Assembly (NCBI GenBank): GCA_951406725.2
Contig: OX597834.1
Coordinates: 15,748,001 to 15,812,000 of the forward strand
DNA: 64,000 bases
Source: Octopus vulgaris
Taxonomy: Eukaryota
Direction of reading: 5' to 3'
Position numbers and translations under genes: made by a program. Shown here piece after piece: positions 1 to 14,621 of the stretch (position 1 is the first letter of the stretch; each line of letters begins with the position of its first letter). The notes under the pieces are model-generated. The model searched no databases. It worked only from the letters and a program-made list of their open reading frames with translations, and was not told the origin of the DNA.

Positions 1-234
1 ACAAAGCAAGCACACACATATACCTTCATACACGTATACACACACAAACACAGAACGAATACACATACGAAGCAGCTATATATATATATATATATATATA
101 TGCAATATACATACAATCATACACACATAATATACATACATTAATCTGTAGATATATATATATATATATGATTACATGTACATATTCATATATATCTACA
201 CACACACACATACAATCTTATATATAAAAAACTT

Positions 235-271
<37 letters not shown>

Positions 272-404
272 CATGTACACATTTATGTATATATATATAT
301 ATATACATACACACACACAGTTACATATATATAAAAACATCCATATATATATATTTATATACATAAACATACAATATATATATATACACACACACACAAA
401 CATA

Positions 405-449
<45 letters not shown>

Positions 450-505
450 ATACGTACATTCCACGTACATTCCATATATGTATATATTCATATACGCACA
501 AAATA
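1..505. repeat. (AT)n/(AC)n compound microsatellite
   Basis: Alternating TA/CA runs; ORFs here are YI/HT/CV dipeptide artefacts. Confidence 0.95.
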
Positions 506-998
506 TTAAAATATCTAGAGGTAGGTATATAGAAAGACAGCGAGAAAGAGAAAGAGAGAGAAAAAAACGCCACATTTCTAGATAAAAGCCAAAGCAAGAC
601 ATGTTTTGATTGGTTCTTTTCTGATGTTTCAATCTGACGTTACGAACCGATGTTCCAAATTGATGTTCCAGCCTCTACAAAGCACTTATTCCCCTCGTCT
701 TCCACTTTTGTCTAAGTAATAGTAATGTATTTACTTCTTTGACAGAAATAAAATTTTCGTTCGATCCAACATCCATATCTGCAAAGATGATGATATTTGT
801 TTGTTTGTTGGTTCTGCTCTTTTTTATATATATATATATATATTTTTATATCTTGTTGGTGCTTTTGGGTTGTGATTTTTCTTTTTTTTTTGGGTTTGGT
901 TTGGTTTGGTTTGGTTTGGTTTGGTTTTCTATATTTTCTATCAATCTCTCACTCTCTCTCTCTTTCGCTCTCTCAAAATATATATACATGTCTCTATG

Positions 999-1040
<42 letters not shown>

Positions 1041-1078
1041 CATACATACATACATACATACATACATACATACATACA

Positions 1079-1110
<32 letters not shown>

Positions 1111-1273
1111 GATAGATACGTACATACATACATATATGTATGTGTATATTATGTTTATTGTGTGTGCGGATATATATATATATGCGTGTGTTCAAACACA
1201 TATACGCATGGATAAATTCGCACACACACACACACACAAATATATGCATACACATTCGCATGCATATATATAT

Positions 1274-1312
<39 letters not shown>

Positions 1313-1727
1313 ATATATATATATAAACATGTTTATGGATGCCGTAATCTACCTGTCACTATACTTATGGATTTATCACTATATTTGTCTCATCACTCAG
1401 CAAGCTTTTCTGTTCATTCTTTTTCATACACGCACACACGTGTATGTATATATATATATATACACATACACACACACATTCACAAGTGTATGTATGTGTG
1501 TATTTATGTACATGCAATACATACAAGCATACTTGCATTCATATTTTAAAATGAGTCTGCGTGTATACACGTACTTTTTACATCAAGTGTAAGCATATAT
1601 ATATAAGTATGTATATAAAGGTATGCATGTATGTATTTGCAAAATGCTGTCGATATAAGTATGCAAAGTTTAAACGTGTCTCCTTTACGTTCATAGTGTG
1701 TGTGTGTGTCTGTCTGTCTGTCTCTGT

Positions 1728-1776
<49 letters not shown>

Positions 1777-2354
1777 TGTGTGCGTGCAAAATTTTGGTCG
1801 TAAGAATAAAGACATTTTCAATGGCGACGAAACCGCAACATGAAAGGTCTAAACGAGAACTTGAAGAAACAGGGGAGTAAAATCAAATTTCTTTTTTTTT
1901 TTTAATATTACTTTCTTAACATAGATCGCACATACACATAAACATGTGTCTACACACACAAACACCTATATACATACATATATATATATATATATATAGG
2001 AGAGAGTGAGAAAGAGAAAAAGATGCATTTCTTTGCAAGATGTCTTGAAAATTTTTTCAGTCCACGCTAAAGTGTATCTAAATACAAAAACTGCTTTTTC
2101 TGCTCCGTTGTACAATTACAGAGATTCAATAATATTCCATTTACCATATTCTATACCTAGGGCAACAACAATAACAACAACAACAACGAAGATGATGACG
2201 GTTGTGATGATGATGATGATGATGTTCATGATGATTTCTTAATATAAGCTATCTGTTCGTTATTCCCGTCTTACTTCTCCATCGCCTTGTTGTTCTTTTC
2301 TATGCTTTTCGTCTTTTTTGTTTCATTGGGACTGGCTCTCTATTTCTTTTTAAT

Positions 2355-3175
<821 letters not shown>

Positions 3176-3438
3176 AATTTGGCTTGATATCATATGCCTG
3201 TGTGTTGTGGGTTTATTCTTTCGTATACATGACGGATATGTGTTGTAGAAATATATATATATACATACATTGGAATATTGGCGGTGAGGTTCTTATTGGG
3301 GAACATCATATGTATATATGGCCAATAACGATAACCTCTTCATGCGAGAATGGATGTTGCCATAGAAGAAAGTAGGAAATCAGATTACAGCCACTTCAGA
3401 CATATTCCCATACACCCACGATCGGACACACATAAGTA

Positions 3439-3486
<48 letters not shown>

Positions 3487-3551
3487 GTTTGTATGTGAAG
3501 TATATTCAGAATATAACTTTGTGCCCAATTCTTTTGCCAAGACGTAGTATA

Positions 3552-3631
<80 letters not shown>

Positions 3632-3725
3632 TAGATATTCACCTCTATTAATATCATTTCCAGACTGGTCTCATGCATCTAAATAGCATTACTTTAACAT
3701 AAAATCTCTGCATTTTTTTTTTTAG

Positions 3726-3770
<45 letters not shown>

Positions 3771-3973
3771 ATATAGTGTTTGTGAGGAGTTATTTGAATA
3801 TTTTTGTTTACCTGAAATTACATCGACAAAAATAGGAGTCATGCGGAAAACAAAAACAAAACAAAAAATAAATAATAAAGAAGTAAATAAATAAAGACAT
3901 TGCCGAAATATGAGCACTTGAGATACAAAAAGTTGCTTTAAACATGAATTGCCGCCAGCAACAAAACACAACG

Positions 3974-4021
<48 letters not shown>

Positions 4022-4555
4022 TTATACGTAGACTTTCTAATATTTATTTTTTTTCCTGTTTGCTCAAAATAATGCATATATGTGCAGGTGTGTGAATACA
4101 TGTGCGTATATATATATGCGATTGTTGGTGTGCGGTGTCTGCGTGTTTGTTTATGATTGGCGGTGATAAATATAAACTAGTCGCAAATAAAAGAAAGCCG
4201 ACAATAAACGAGCAGGTCTGTTAGCATGTAATCACCTCCGACGTATATTCATACGCCGTACATGTTAGAGACGCTGGTTTCACAGCAGACACAGCCTCGT
4301 TCTGACTTCAAGTGTATCTGTTTTGTTTATTTAGTTTGTTAGTTGTGACCGTGTTTGATCTCTCTTTCGTTCCAGCTTTCATTCTCTAATGCATTTGTTT
4401 ATGTATATTTTGTTAATATGTTTGTTGAATGGCATTTCGTCATAAGATATACATTCGAGGGTGTATGGCTTTGTATACACACACACACAGACACACACAC
4501 ACATTATCACACAAGAATGTACCCGTTTTATGACGACAAAACGTCATTGAATTGA

Positions 4556-5105
<550 letters not shown>

Positions 5106-5109
5106 TATC

Positions 5110-5505
5110 ACGCACACACCAGCACTGGCCACTTCCCAGACCCACATTTTCACACATACACATCCGCACACTTCAAGTTCACCAGTTCTCTTCTACACGC
5201 ACATACAAACTCTCTTATACACACGCACGCGCACCTTCGTTTTGAGATCACCACTCCTCTATTATCTCCCCTTCTCCCAAGCTCTCCTAAGTGACCCTTC
5301 TGTCCGGCCTTCGCCATGATAGATCGCTAGACACTGCACATTCTTTATTTTCTCTCCTTGTTTCTTTCTGTGTCCCTTTCTGTGGAAGAGCGTAGGCTTG
5401 AAACGTTAAAGACTTTTTCACTTCCCGAGCGTTATACTAATACATCTGTTTGTTGTCTACATCACCTGTCTTCCTCTTTTGTTTTTTTTTTATGAATTCT
5501 CCTTA
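5110..5505 (+). mobile_element. Penelope-like element terminal (pLTR) fragment
   Basis: Pyrimidine-rich tract, minimal hammerhead motif at 5376-5411, T-rich tail; homologous to 22890-23045. Confidence 0.65.
5376..5411 (+). ncRNA. Minimal type I hammerhead ribozyme-like motif (variant core CUGUGGA)
   Basis: CTTT-CTGTGGA-A-GAGC-GTAG-GCTT-GAAA-CGTT-AAAG. Confidence 0.5.
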
Positions 5506-5814
5506 TATATGTATGTATGAATGAATGAGCTAAAACAACATAATTGAGAGTAGCCAGAAGCACGTATTTAAACCTAGACGCATACAGTCATATCAAATAT
5601 TATAGTACAAATCAATGTTTGATTCATTAAAGTTATCTCCACTTCTAGATGATTGTATCATAACTACCAACTGGTTATTAAATCCAGCTCTTTTTGAGTA
5701 AGGGAGATAACCTCCCGAATCATGACTCCTCCAAAATTGACAATAAGTCTGTCCCTTTCATTAATCACATAGGCGCAGGAGTGGCTGTGTGGTAAGTGGC
5801 TTGGTGGTGGTGGT

Positions 5815-6183
5815 GGTGGTGAGCTGGCAGAATCGTTAGCACGCCGGGCGAAACGTTTAGCGGTATTTCGTCTGCCGTTACGTTCTGAGTTCAAATTCCG
5901 CCGAGGTCGACTTTGCCTTTCATCCTTTCGGGGTCGATTAAATAAGTACCAGTTACGCACTGGAGTCGATATAGTCGACTTAATCCGTTTGTCTGTCCTT
6001 GTTTAGCCCCTTTTGGGTAGTAAAGAAATAGGTATTTCCTTCATTTTTGTTCCGATTTTAAATTCCGCCGATATCAGCTTTGCCATTCATCCTTTCAGTA
6101 CCAGTGAAACATTGGGGTCGATGTAATCGATTAGTTACCTTTCCTTCAAATTGCAGGCCTTGTACGTTTAGTAGAAAGGATTA
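5815..6183 (+). mobile_element. SINE family B (tRNA-like head plus conserved GCCTTTCATCCTTTCGGGGTCGAT core), monomer plus degenerate second unit
   Basis: Head GAGCTGGCAGAATCGTTAGCAC, B box GAGTTCAAATTCC, junction GAAATAGGTATTTC near 6030. Confidence 0.9.
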
Positions 6184-6199
6184 ATATTATCATTTATTT

Positions 6200-6403
6200 A
6201 TTTATTACCCACAGGGGGCTACACATAGAGGGGAAAAACAAGGACAGACAAACGGATTAAGTCGATTACATCAGCCCCAGAGCGTAACTGGTATTTATTT
6301 AATCGATACCGAAAGAATGAAAGGCAAAGTCGACCTCGTCGGAATTTGAACTCAGAACCTAACGACAGACAAAATACCGCTAAGTTTCTGCCATCTCGCC
6401 GCC
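6200..6403 (-). mobile_element. SINE family B monomer
   Basis: Reverse complement of the 5815-6030 unit. Confidence 0.85.
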
Positions 6404-6416
6404 TTAGAAAGGATTA

Positions 6417-6462
<46 letters not shown>

Positions 6463-6463
<1 letters not shown>

Positions 6464-6887
6464 GAGTGAGGGAGCAGTGACACTGGGGTAAAATATACGA
6501 AGCCCAGTATACTCATTATGACTACCCGTCTGATAAGGGTACACCAGGTACATGCATCACAACCGAATGTGCGCGACATGCTGATCTCATATCAAGATAA
6601 ACAGCACATGACCTTGCAGGTGGGGCTCAGTTAGAATTTTCTGAATAAAGGTCCCTGAATAAGGATTGTTTAAGGATGTTGAATGAACCACCCATGTCTC
6701 CATAGGTGAATTATCCAAACCTCCAAGAATCCCTTTCAACACATGGCTATGATGCTCCCCAACTACTTCTGCTCGTGGTCAGAGATGCACATATCGTCAG
6801 CCACTAAGGGGCATGCTCAACTGGTTAAGGTCAAACAACTGACAAGCAAATCTGTGGTTTTGAGCAGAATATTTGCTGTAGCCCATC

Positions 6888-6891
<4 letters not shown>
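6463..6891. mobile_element. Unclassified ~430-bp insertion inside an (ATT)n microsatellite
   Basis: Complex sequence flanked on both sides by pure (ATT)n runs. Confidence 0.5.
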
Positions 6892-6938
<47 letters not shown>

Positions 6939-7509
6939 GTGAAGATGGTGCTTCAGGATGGCCACAGTCAAATGACTGAAACAAGTAAAAGAATAAAAGA
7001 ATATTATAATAAAACGGAATTGCGTCTCCGTTGTGTATTTACCAATATTTGCTTGTGTGTTCTAATAAATATTTATTGGGAATATTTTACCTTTTATTAT
7101 TTAAATAAACTTAATTGCAACATTGTTTTAATTGGATTAATTAATGTATGCATCAATTTTAAATTGTTTGACCGATAAAAACAGTTCACAGCTATAAATA
7201 ATTACCTGTTGTCGCATAATTAATGAATTCGCTGTTGTGTTCCATTAATAACTACGTTTGAGAGAGACAAAAAAAAATAGTGAAACCAAGGCAACCAAGG
7301 GAATTCAGGTGCTCGGTTGTTCACATGCTAGAAATAGCAGCAAGATGTACCTTCACGTCAAGTATTATACTGTTACTAAGAACAGAAAGCGCACATGAGC
7401 ATTGTCGAAATGAGCAAGAGTTTGTTTTATTTGATAATAAAACGTGCGGCCCATTGGCCGAGAGGATGTGTTCATTAATAGTCTTAATCAAAAATAAAAA
7501 TTAAAGATA

Positions 7510-7730
7510 GTCAGGGGTGGCTGTGGGGTAAGAATCTTGCCCCCTTCACCTCCCACTACACCGCTTGACAACCGGTGCTGATGTGTTTACATCCCCGTAA
7601 CTTAGCGGTTAAATACGTAGCAACCTTAAAAAAAATAAAGTACTGGAGTTCGATTCATTCAACTAAGAAAAATTCTTCAAGGCAGTGCCCCAGCATGGCC
7701 GCATTCTAATGACTAAAACAAATGAAAGAC
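7510..7730 (+). mobile_element. SINE family A, degenerate and internally deleted
   Basis: GTGGCTGTGGGGTAAG head; GCTTGACAACCGGTGCTG and GTGCCCCAGCATGGCCGCA segments. Confidence 0.75.
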
Positions 7731-7930
7731 AATTTGTTTATTAATTGTTAATACGTCACGGTAGGTTCAGACGCAAAATATTCTGGTCACTGTAGTGTAC
7801 GTCATCGGAGAACAACTTTTCCCTTTTATAAAGAATGCCAACACACTCGGGTCATTGGCGCACAGGATTCTGGGACATCATGTAGTGTAACCGTTTCCAC
7901 ATTTGTCTGGTTTATATCTCTCTATGTGCG

Positions 7931-7992
<62 letters not shown>

Positions 7993-8018
7993 CACACACA
8001 CATACATACATATATAAA

Positions 8019-8242
8019 TGTCGCCCGGCTCACCGATTATCGGTGGATCCGCGCAGTTGTCGAGTGGTACCCGCGCGAATGGAAACGACCACCTGGAAGG
8101 CCTCCACGACGGTGGAGTTACGATCTCAGGAGGACGATTGGGATCACGTGGATGAGAAAGGCACGATCCAGAGAGGAGTGGACAGCGTGCTGTGACCAGC
8201 GGTGTCAAATGGACGCCTGACGGACTGGTCGGTCAAGGTGAT
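8019..8242 (+). mobile_element. RTE-clade LINE 3' end (5'-truncated)
   Basis: Encodes VARLTDYRW..KRPPGRPPRRWSYDL..W...A.SR..W, the typical RTE ORF C-terminus; stop at 8218-8220 then a short tail. Confidence 0.85.
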
Positions 8243-8460
8243 ATTTATATATATATATATATATATATATACACGTCACGCTCACTCAGCACATTCAGTC
8301 AAATGTATTTACAGTCACTCGCATATATCTTTCAACTGATCGAAAAAACTGTGAAAACATTTTCGTCGTTAGTTTACACAACCATTGCATTGAGCAGAGA
8401 AACCTTTCAAAAACCTGGGGTTCGCGGGAAAAATACATATATATATATATATATATACAA

Positions 8461-8692
8461 AAGTGGCTGTGTGGTAAGTAGCTTGTTTACCAACCACATA
8501 GTTTCGGGTTCAGTCCCACTGCGTGGCACCTTGGGCAAGTGTCTTCTACTATAGCCTCTAGCGGTTCGGCAAAAGAGACCGATAGAATAAGTACTGGGCT
8601 TACAAAAGAATAAGTCCCGGAGGTCGATTTGCTCGATTAATGGCGGTGCCCCAGCATGGCCGCAGTCAAATGACTGAAACAAGTAAAAGAGT
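8461..8692 (+). mobile_element. SINE family A, internally deleted
   Basis: Head and tail match 60134-60528; middle absent. Confidence 0.85.
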
Positions 8693-9031
8693 ATATAAAG
8701 GGAGATACTTAGTATTCCTGGTAACACAAATATGAGGGTTCACTACTTTAGACGAACAACTGTTCTGTCATCGAAGAATTTCTCTTTGGCACTTTTCTCA
8801 CTTAGGTTTCGTAGGCCATAAATTCTGAAACCAAAACCATTACACGCGGTCATCTAGGCATGCAATACGTAAATGTCCTATATAACTGCCATCCTACTTT
8901 GACATAGGGATGAAAAGAATGAAGCACAACTGAGCTGGTGTTATCAAGTGTTCTATGAAGCTTGTTGATGTAAAAATGTTTTGCTTGCATTTTTGTTTTG
9001 TAGGTGTTTTGAAAGTGTGGCTTAGCTTATA

Positions 9032-10179
9032 CTTATTTCTTTACTATCCACAAGGGGCTAAACACAGAGGGGACAAGCAAGGACAGACAAACGGATTAAG
9101 TCGATTATATCGACCCCAGTGCGTGACTGGTACTTATTTAATCGACCCCGAAAGGATGAAAGGCAAAGTCGACCTCGGCGGAATTTGAACTCAGAACGTA
9201 GCGGCAGACGAAATACCTATTTCTTTACTACCCAAGGGGCTAAACACAGAAAGGACAAACAAGGACAGACAAACGGATTAAGTTGATTATATCGACCCCA
9301 GTGCGTGACTGGTACTTCTTTAATCGACCCCGAAAGGATGAAAGCCAAAGTCGACCTTGGCGGAATTTGAACTCAGAACGTAGCAGACGAAATACCTATT
9401 TCTTTACTACCCACAAGGGGCTAAACACAGAAAGGACAAACAAGGACAGACAAACGGATTAAGTTGATTATATCGACCCCAGTGCGTGACTGGTACTTCT
9501 TTAATCGACCCCGAAAGGATGAAAGCCAAAGTCGACCTTGGCGGAATTTGAACTCAGAACGTAGCGGCAGACGAAATACCTATTTCTTTACTACCCACAA
9601 GGGGCTAAACACAGAAAGGACAAACAAGGACAGACAAACGGATTAAGTCGATTATATCGACCCCAGTGCGTGACTGGTACTTCTTTAATCGACCCCGAAA
9701 GGATGAAAGGCAAACTCGACCTTGGCGAAATTTGAACTCAGAACGTAGCGGCAGACGAAATACCTATTTCTTTACTACCCACAAGGGGCTAAACACAGAG
9801 GGGACAAACAAGGACAGACAAACGGATTAAGTTGATTATATCGACCCCAGTGCGTGACTGGTACTTCTTTAATCGACCCCGAAAGGATGAAAGCCAAAGT
9901 CGACCTTGGCGGAATTTGAACTCAGAACGTAGCGGCAGACGAAATACCTATTTCTTTACTACCCACAAGGGGCTAAACACAGAAAGGACAAACAAGGACA
10001 GACAAACGGATTAAGTTGATTATATCGACCCCAGTGCGTGACTGGTACTTCTTTAATCGACCCCGAAAGCATGAAAGGCAAAGTCGACCTTGGCGGAATT
10101 TGAACTCAGAAGGTAACAGCAGACGAAATACCGCTAAGCATTTCGCCCGGCGTGCTAACCATTCTGCCAGCTCGCCGCC
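9032..10179 (-). repeat. SINE family B head-to-tail array, 6 units of ~184 bp with one head
   Basis: Junction AAATACCTATTTC recurs near 9211, 9391, 9575, 9759 and 9943; single head at ~10130-10179. Confidence 0.95.
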
Positions 10180-10359
10180 ATACTGTCGTTCATATTTTAT
10201 ATCGTGGTTGACGTACAATATCGTGCAACCCTGTGCATAAAGGTATCTCTGCCCGTCAATCAATCGCTGGTCTATAACGAATGTTTATAACCTGGTGCTG
10301 AACAAATATCTCAAGGGACTTGGCCTAGTTTATAAACATCGCTTTTCTAGGCTTCTGTC

Positions 10360-10813
10360 TCTGGCGGTGGCGGCGGTGGTGGTGGTGTTGTTGTTGTTGT
10401 TTCTGGTGTTTGTGGCTGAAGCTGTCGTCTGGGTTCTTACAATTTTTTCGTGTGTCGGTGGCGGCGCCCATGCACCTGTGTTGCTTCTCCCCCTTCTTCC
10501 CTCCCTCGTGAAGCTGTGGTGAAGGCAGTGTAAGGAAATCAACGTCGTAAAGCGTTGTCAAGGAGACTAGCCTTCTTTCCAACGACGACTTCATGGCTTG
10601 AAGACTCCATGCTCAAAACAGAAATGGCTAAAAAAGCCGAAAAAGAAATTTACAAAAACGGGAAAACCGCCACACAGGGCAGGTTTCCCGTGCAAACAAT
10701 TTGCACAACCGAATGAATTAGTTGTTGCACAAATTTTACATACGAAATATTTTTCGTATGTAAACGCAAAAAAAGGTCAACTTACAATGAGTCGATGTGA
10801 CTGACGTCCATAT
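10360..10813. repeat. Duplicated unclassified element, copy 1
   Basis: Direct homology to 12421-12825; both copies end GACTGACGTCCATATA before a (GATA/GA)n tract. Confidence 0.9.
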
Positions 10814-10860
<47 letters not shown>

Positions 10861-10893
10861 CATAGATAGATAGATAGATAGAGAGAGAGAAAC

Positions 10894-10934
<41 letters not shown>

Positions 10935-10959
10935 GAAAGAGAGAGAGAGAAAGACATTG

Positions 10960-10998
<39 letters not shown>

Positions 10999-11437
10999 TA
11001 AATAGCTAGCTAGATAGATAGATAGGTAGATAGATAGATAGATGGAAGGATGGATAAATAGATAGGTATATATATATATATATAGATAGATAGATAGACA
11101 GATAGAGAGAGAGATAGGTAGCTAGATAGATATACATCTTAAAGAGGTCGGTAGGTATGTGTGTGTGTAGGTGTGCATGTTCATAACGTATATTTTTAAA
11201 GATTTCTGCCGATTATTGCTACAGAACCCAGCATCAGCCATACCTGCAATCGGCCACGTCCCACACGACCGCCACGGTCACGACCTCCACCATCACGAAC
11301 ATAAGCATTGCCACTACCATTGTGATAGCTTCTATATTCGATAGGAGGGTAACGACATCCATCAAAATGATGATAATTATGATGATGATGAAAATGGTAG
11401 ACGGCAAAACGACGATATCGTTGTCGTTGTTGCTCTT

Positions 11438-12420
11438 AGTGGTGGTGTGGTGGTGCTGGTGGTGATGGTGGCGGCGGTGGTGGTGGTGGTAGTGGTGGTG
11501 GTGGTCATGGTGGTTAATGGTAGTGGTGGTGGTGGTGGTGGTGGTGGCGGCGGTAGTGGTGGTGGTCGTGGTGGTCGTGGTTGTGGTGGTGGTGGTAGTG
11601 GTGGTGGTGGTGTTGGTGCAGGTGGTGGTGGTAGTGGTGGTGGTGGTGGTGATGGTGGTAGTGGTGGTGGTGATGGTGGTGGTGGTGATGGTGGCGGCGG
11701 TAGTGGTGGTGGTCGTCGTGGTTGTGGTGTTGGTGGTGGTAGTAGTGGTGGTGTTGGTGCAGGTGGTGGTGGTAGTGATGGTGGTGGTCATGGTGGTAGT
11801 GGTAGTGGTGGTGGTGGTGGTGGCGGCGGTAGTGGTGGTGGTCGTGGTGGTCGTGGTGGTCGTGGTTGTGGTGGTGGTGGTAGTGGTGGTGGTGGTGTTG
11901 GTGCAGGTGGTGGTGGTGGTGGTGGTGGTGGTGGTCATGGTGGTGGTGGTAGTGGTGGTGGTGGTGGTGATGGTGGCGGCGGTAGTGGTGGTGGTCGTGG
12001 TGGTCGTGGTTGTGGTGTTGGTGGTGGTGGTGGTGGTGGTGTTGGTGCAGGTGGTGGTGGTAGTGGCGGTGGTGGTCATGGTGGTGTTGGTGGTGGTGGT
12101 AGTGGTGGTGGTGGTGATGGTGGCGGCGGTAGTGGTCGTGGTCGTGGTGGTCCTGGTTGTTGTGTTGGTGGTGATGGTAGTGGTGGTGGTGGTGTTGGTG
12201 CAGGTGGTGGTGGTAGTGGTGGTGGTGGTGGTGGTCATGGTGGTAGTGGTAGTGGTGGTGGTGGTGATGGTGGCGGCGGTAGTGGTGGTGGTGGTGGTGG
12301 TGGTAGTGGTGGTTGTGGTGTTGGTGGTGGTGGTGGTGTTGGTGCAGGTGGTGGTGGTGGTGGTGGTGGTCATGGTGGTAGTGGTAGTGGTGGTGGTGGT
12401 GGTGCTGCTGCTGCTGCTGC
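11438..12420. repeat. (GGT)n-based array with a ~144-bp higher-order period
   Basis: Landmark GTTGGTGCAGG recurs six times with spacings 141, 144, 144, 153, 144. Confidence 0.9.
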
Positions 12421-12825
12421 TGGTTGAAGCTGTCGTCTGGATTCTTCCAATTTTTTCGTTGGCGTCCACGCTTGCACCTGCACCTGTGTTTTGCTCCTCC
12501 CCTTCTTCCCCCCTTCATGAAGCTTGTGGTGAAGGCAGTGTAAGGAAATCAACGTCGTAAAGCGTTGTCAAGGAGACCAGCGTTCTTTTAGAACGACGAC
12601 TTCATGGCTTGAAGACTCCATGCCCAAAACAGAAATGGCTAAAAAAGCCGAAAAACAAATTTACAAAAACGGGAAAACCGCCACACAGGGAAGGTTTCCC
12701 GTGCAAACAATTTGTTCAACTGAATGAATTAGTTGTTGCACAAATTTTACATACGAAATATTTTTCGTAAGTAAACGCAAAAAAAAGGCCAACTTACACG
12801 GAGTCGGTGTGACTGACGTCCATAT
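12421..12825. repeat. Duplicated unclassified element, copy 2
   Basis: Direct homology to 10415-10813. Confidence 0.9.
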
Positions 12826-12832
12826 AGATAGA

Positions 12833-12892
<60 letters not shown>

Positions 12893-12896
12893 TAGA

Positions 12897-13021
12897 TAGG
12901 TGGGCCAAAAGTCATGTACCGAAACACTTGACATTTGTACTAAAATTTAGCAGTGTTGCTTTTGAAATGTGCAATAATATACTGTTTTGATCTCGGTGCA
13001 TGACTTTCGGCCTACCCACTA
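12897..13021. mobile_element. Tc1/mariner-type MITE (~125 bp)
   Basis: Imperfect TIRs GGTGGGCCAAAAGTCATGTACCGA / TCGGTGCATGACTTTCGGCCTACC, TA-flanked. Confidence 0.7.
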
Positions 13022-13062
13022 TAATAAACAAGCTAACGAGAAGGTTCTACGTAGTCGGTTTG

Positions 13063-13362
13063 ACTGCTAGAAAGAACAGTCAAATTCCTCCACATCGCAA
13101 TCTAACATCTTAAAAACAAAATGATAAAAATCCACTGGCCATTGTAGTCCTAGAAATAAAATAAGCGGGATGGTCATGCCTGAATTGCCTTTCCTCATAG
13201 GACAGCTCAACCGGAGCTTATGTTGAGCTGCAAAACAACCTTAGTATATGTCATAAACTTGAAATATTCTTTCATACGCAGGAACATTTCAAAATCACTC
13301 TGCCTAGCGTTTTGAAACGGATTATGTATATTTTATATAATAATTATAATAATAATAATAGC

Positions 13363-13393
<31 letters not shown>

Positions 13394-13409
13394 AGAAGAA
13401 GAAGAATAG

Positions 13410-13440
<31 letters not shown>

Positions 13441-13761
13441 TGCTAGAAAGAACAGTCAAATTCCTCCACATCGCAATCTAGCATCTTAAAAACAAAATGA
13501 TAAAAATCCACCGGCCATTGTAGTCCTAGAAATAAAATAAGCGGGATGGTCATGCCTGAATTGCCTTTCCTCATAGGACAGCTCAACCGAGGCTTATGTT
13601 GAGCTGCAAAACAACCTTAGTATATGTCATAAACTTGAAATATTCTTTCATACGCAGAAATATTTCAAAATCACTCTGCCTAGCGTTTTGAAACGGATTA
13701 TGTATATTTTATGTAATAATAATAATAATAATAATAATAGTAGTAATAAGAAGAAGAATAG

Positions 13762-13792
<31 letters not shown>

Positions 13793-14080
13793 TGCTAGAA
13801 AGAACAGTCAAATTCCTCCACATCGCAATCTAGCATCTTAAAAACAAAATGATAAAAATCCACCGGTCATTGTAGTCCTAGAAATAAAATAAGCGGGATG
13901 GTCATGCCTGAATTGCCTTTCCTCATAGGACAGCTCAACCGAGGCTTATGTTGAGCTGCAAAACAACCTTAGTATATGTCATAAACTTGAAATATTCTTT
14001 CATACGCAGAAATATTTCAAAATCACTCTGCCTAGCGTTTCGAAACGGATTATGTATATTTTAAATAATAATAATAATAA

Positions 14081-14142
<62 letters not shown>

Positions 14143-14188
14143 ATAATAATAATAATAATAATAGTAGTAGTAATAAGAAGAAGAATAG

Positions 14189-14219
<31 letters not shown>

Positions 14220-14504
14220 TGCTAGAAAGAACAGTCAAATTCCTCCACATCGCAATCTAGCATCTCAAAAACAAAATGATAAAAATCCACCGGCCATTGT
14301 AGTCCTAGAAATAAAATAAGCGGGATGGTCATGCCTGAATTGCCTTTCCTCATAGGACAGCTCAACCGGGGCTTATGTTGAGCTGCAAAACAACTTTAGT
14401 ATATGTCATAAACTTGAAATATTCTTTCATACGCAGAAATATTTCAAAATCACTCTGCCTAGCGTTTCGAAACGGATTATGTATATTTTAAATAATAATA
14501 ATAA

Positions 14505-14546
<42 letters not shown>

Positions 14547-14583
14547 AAGAAGAATAGTAGTAGTAATAATAAGAAGAATAGTA

Positions 14584-14621
<38 letters not shown>

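Noticed and set aside
11234-12560. Thr-rich mucin-like, His-rich, Gly-rich and Val-rich ORFs
   Set aside because: Overlapping frames of one (GGT)n array; no signal peptide or domain, and the paralogous copy does not keep the frame
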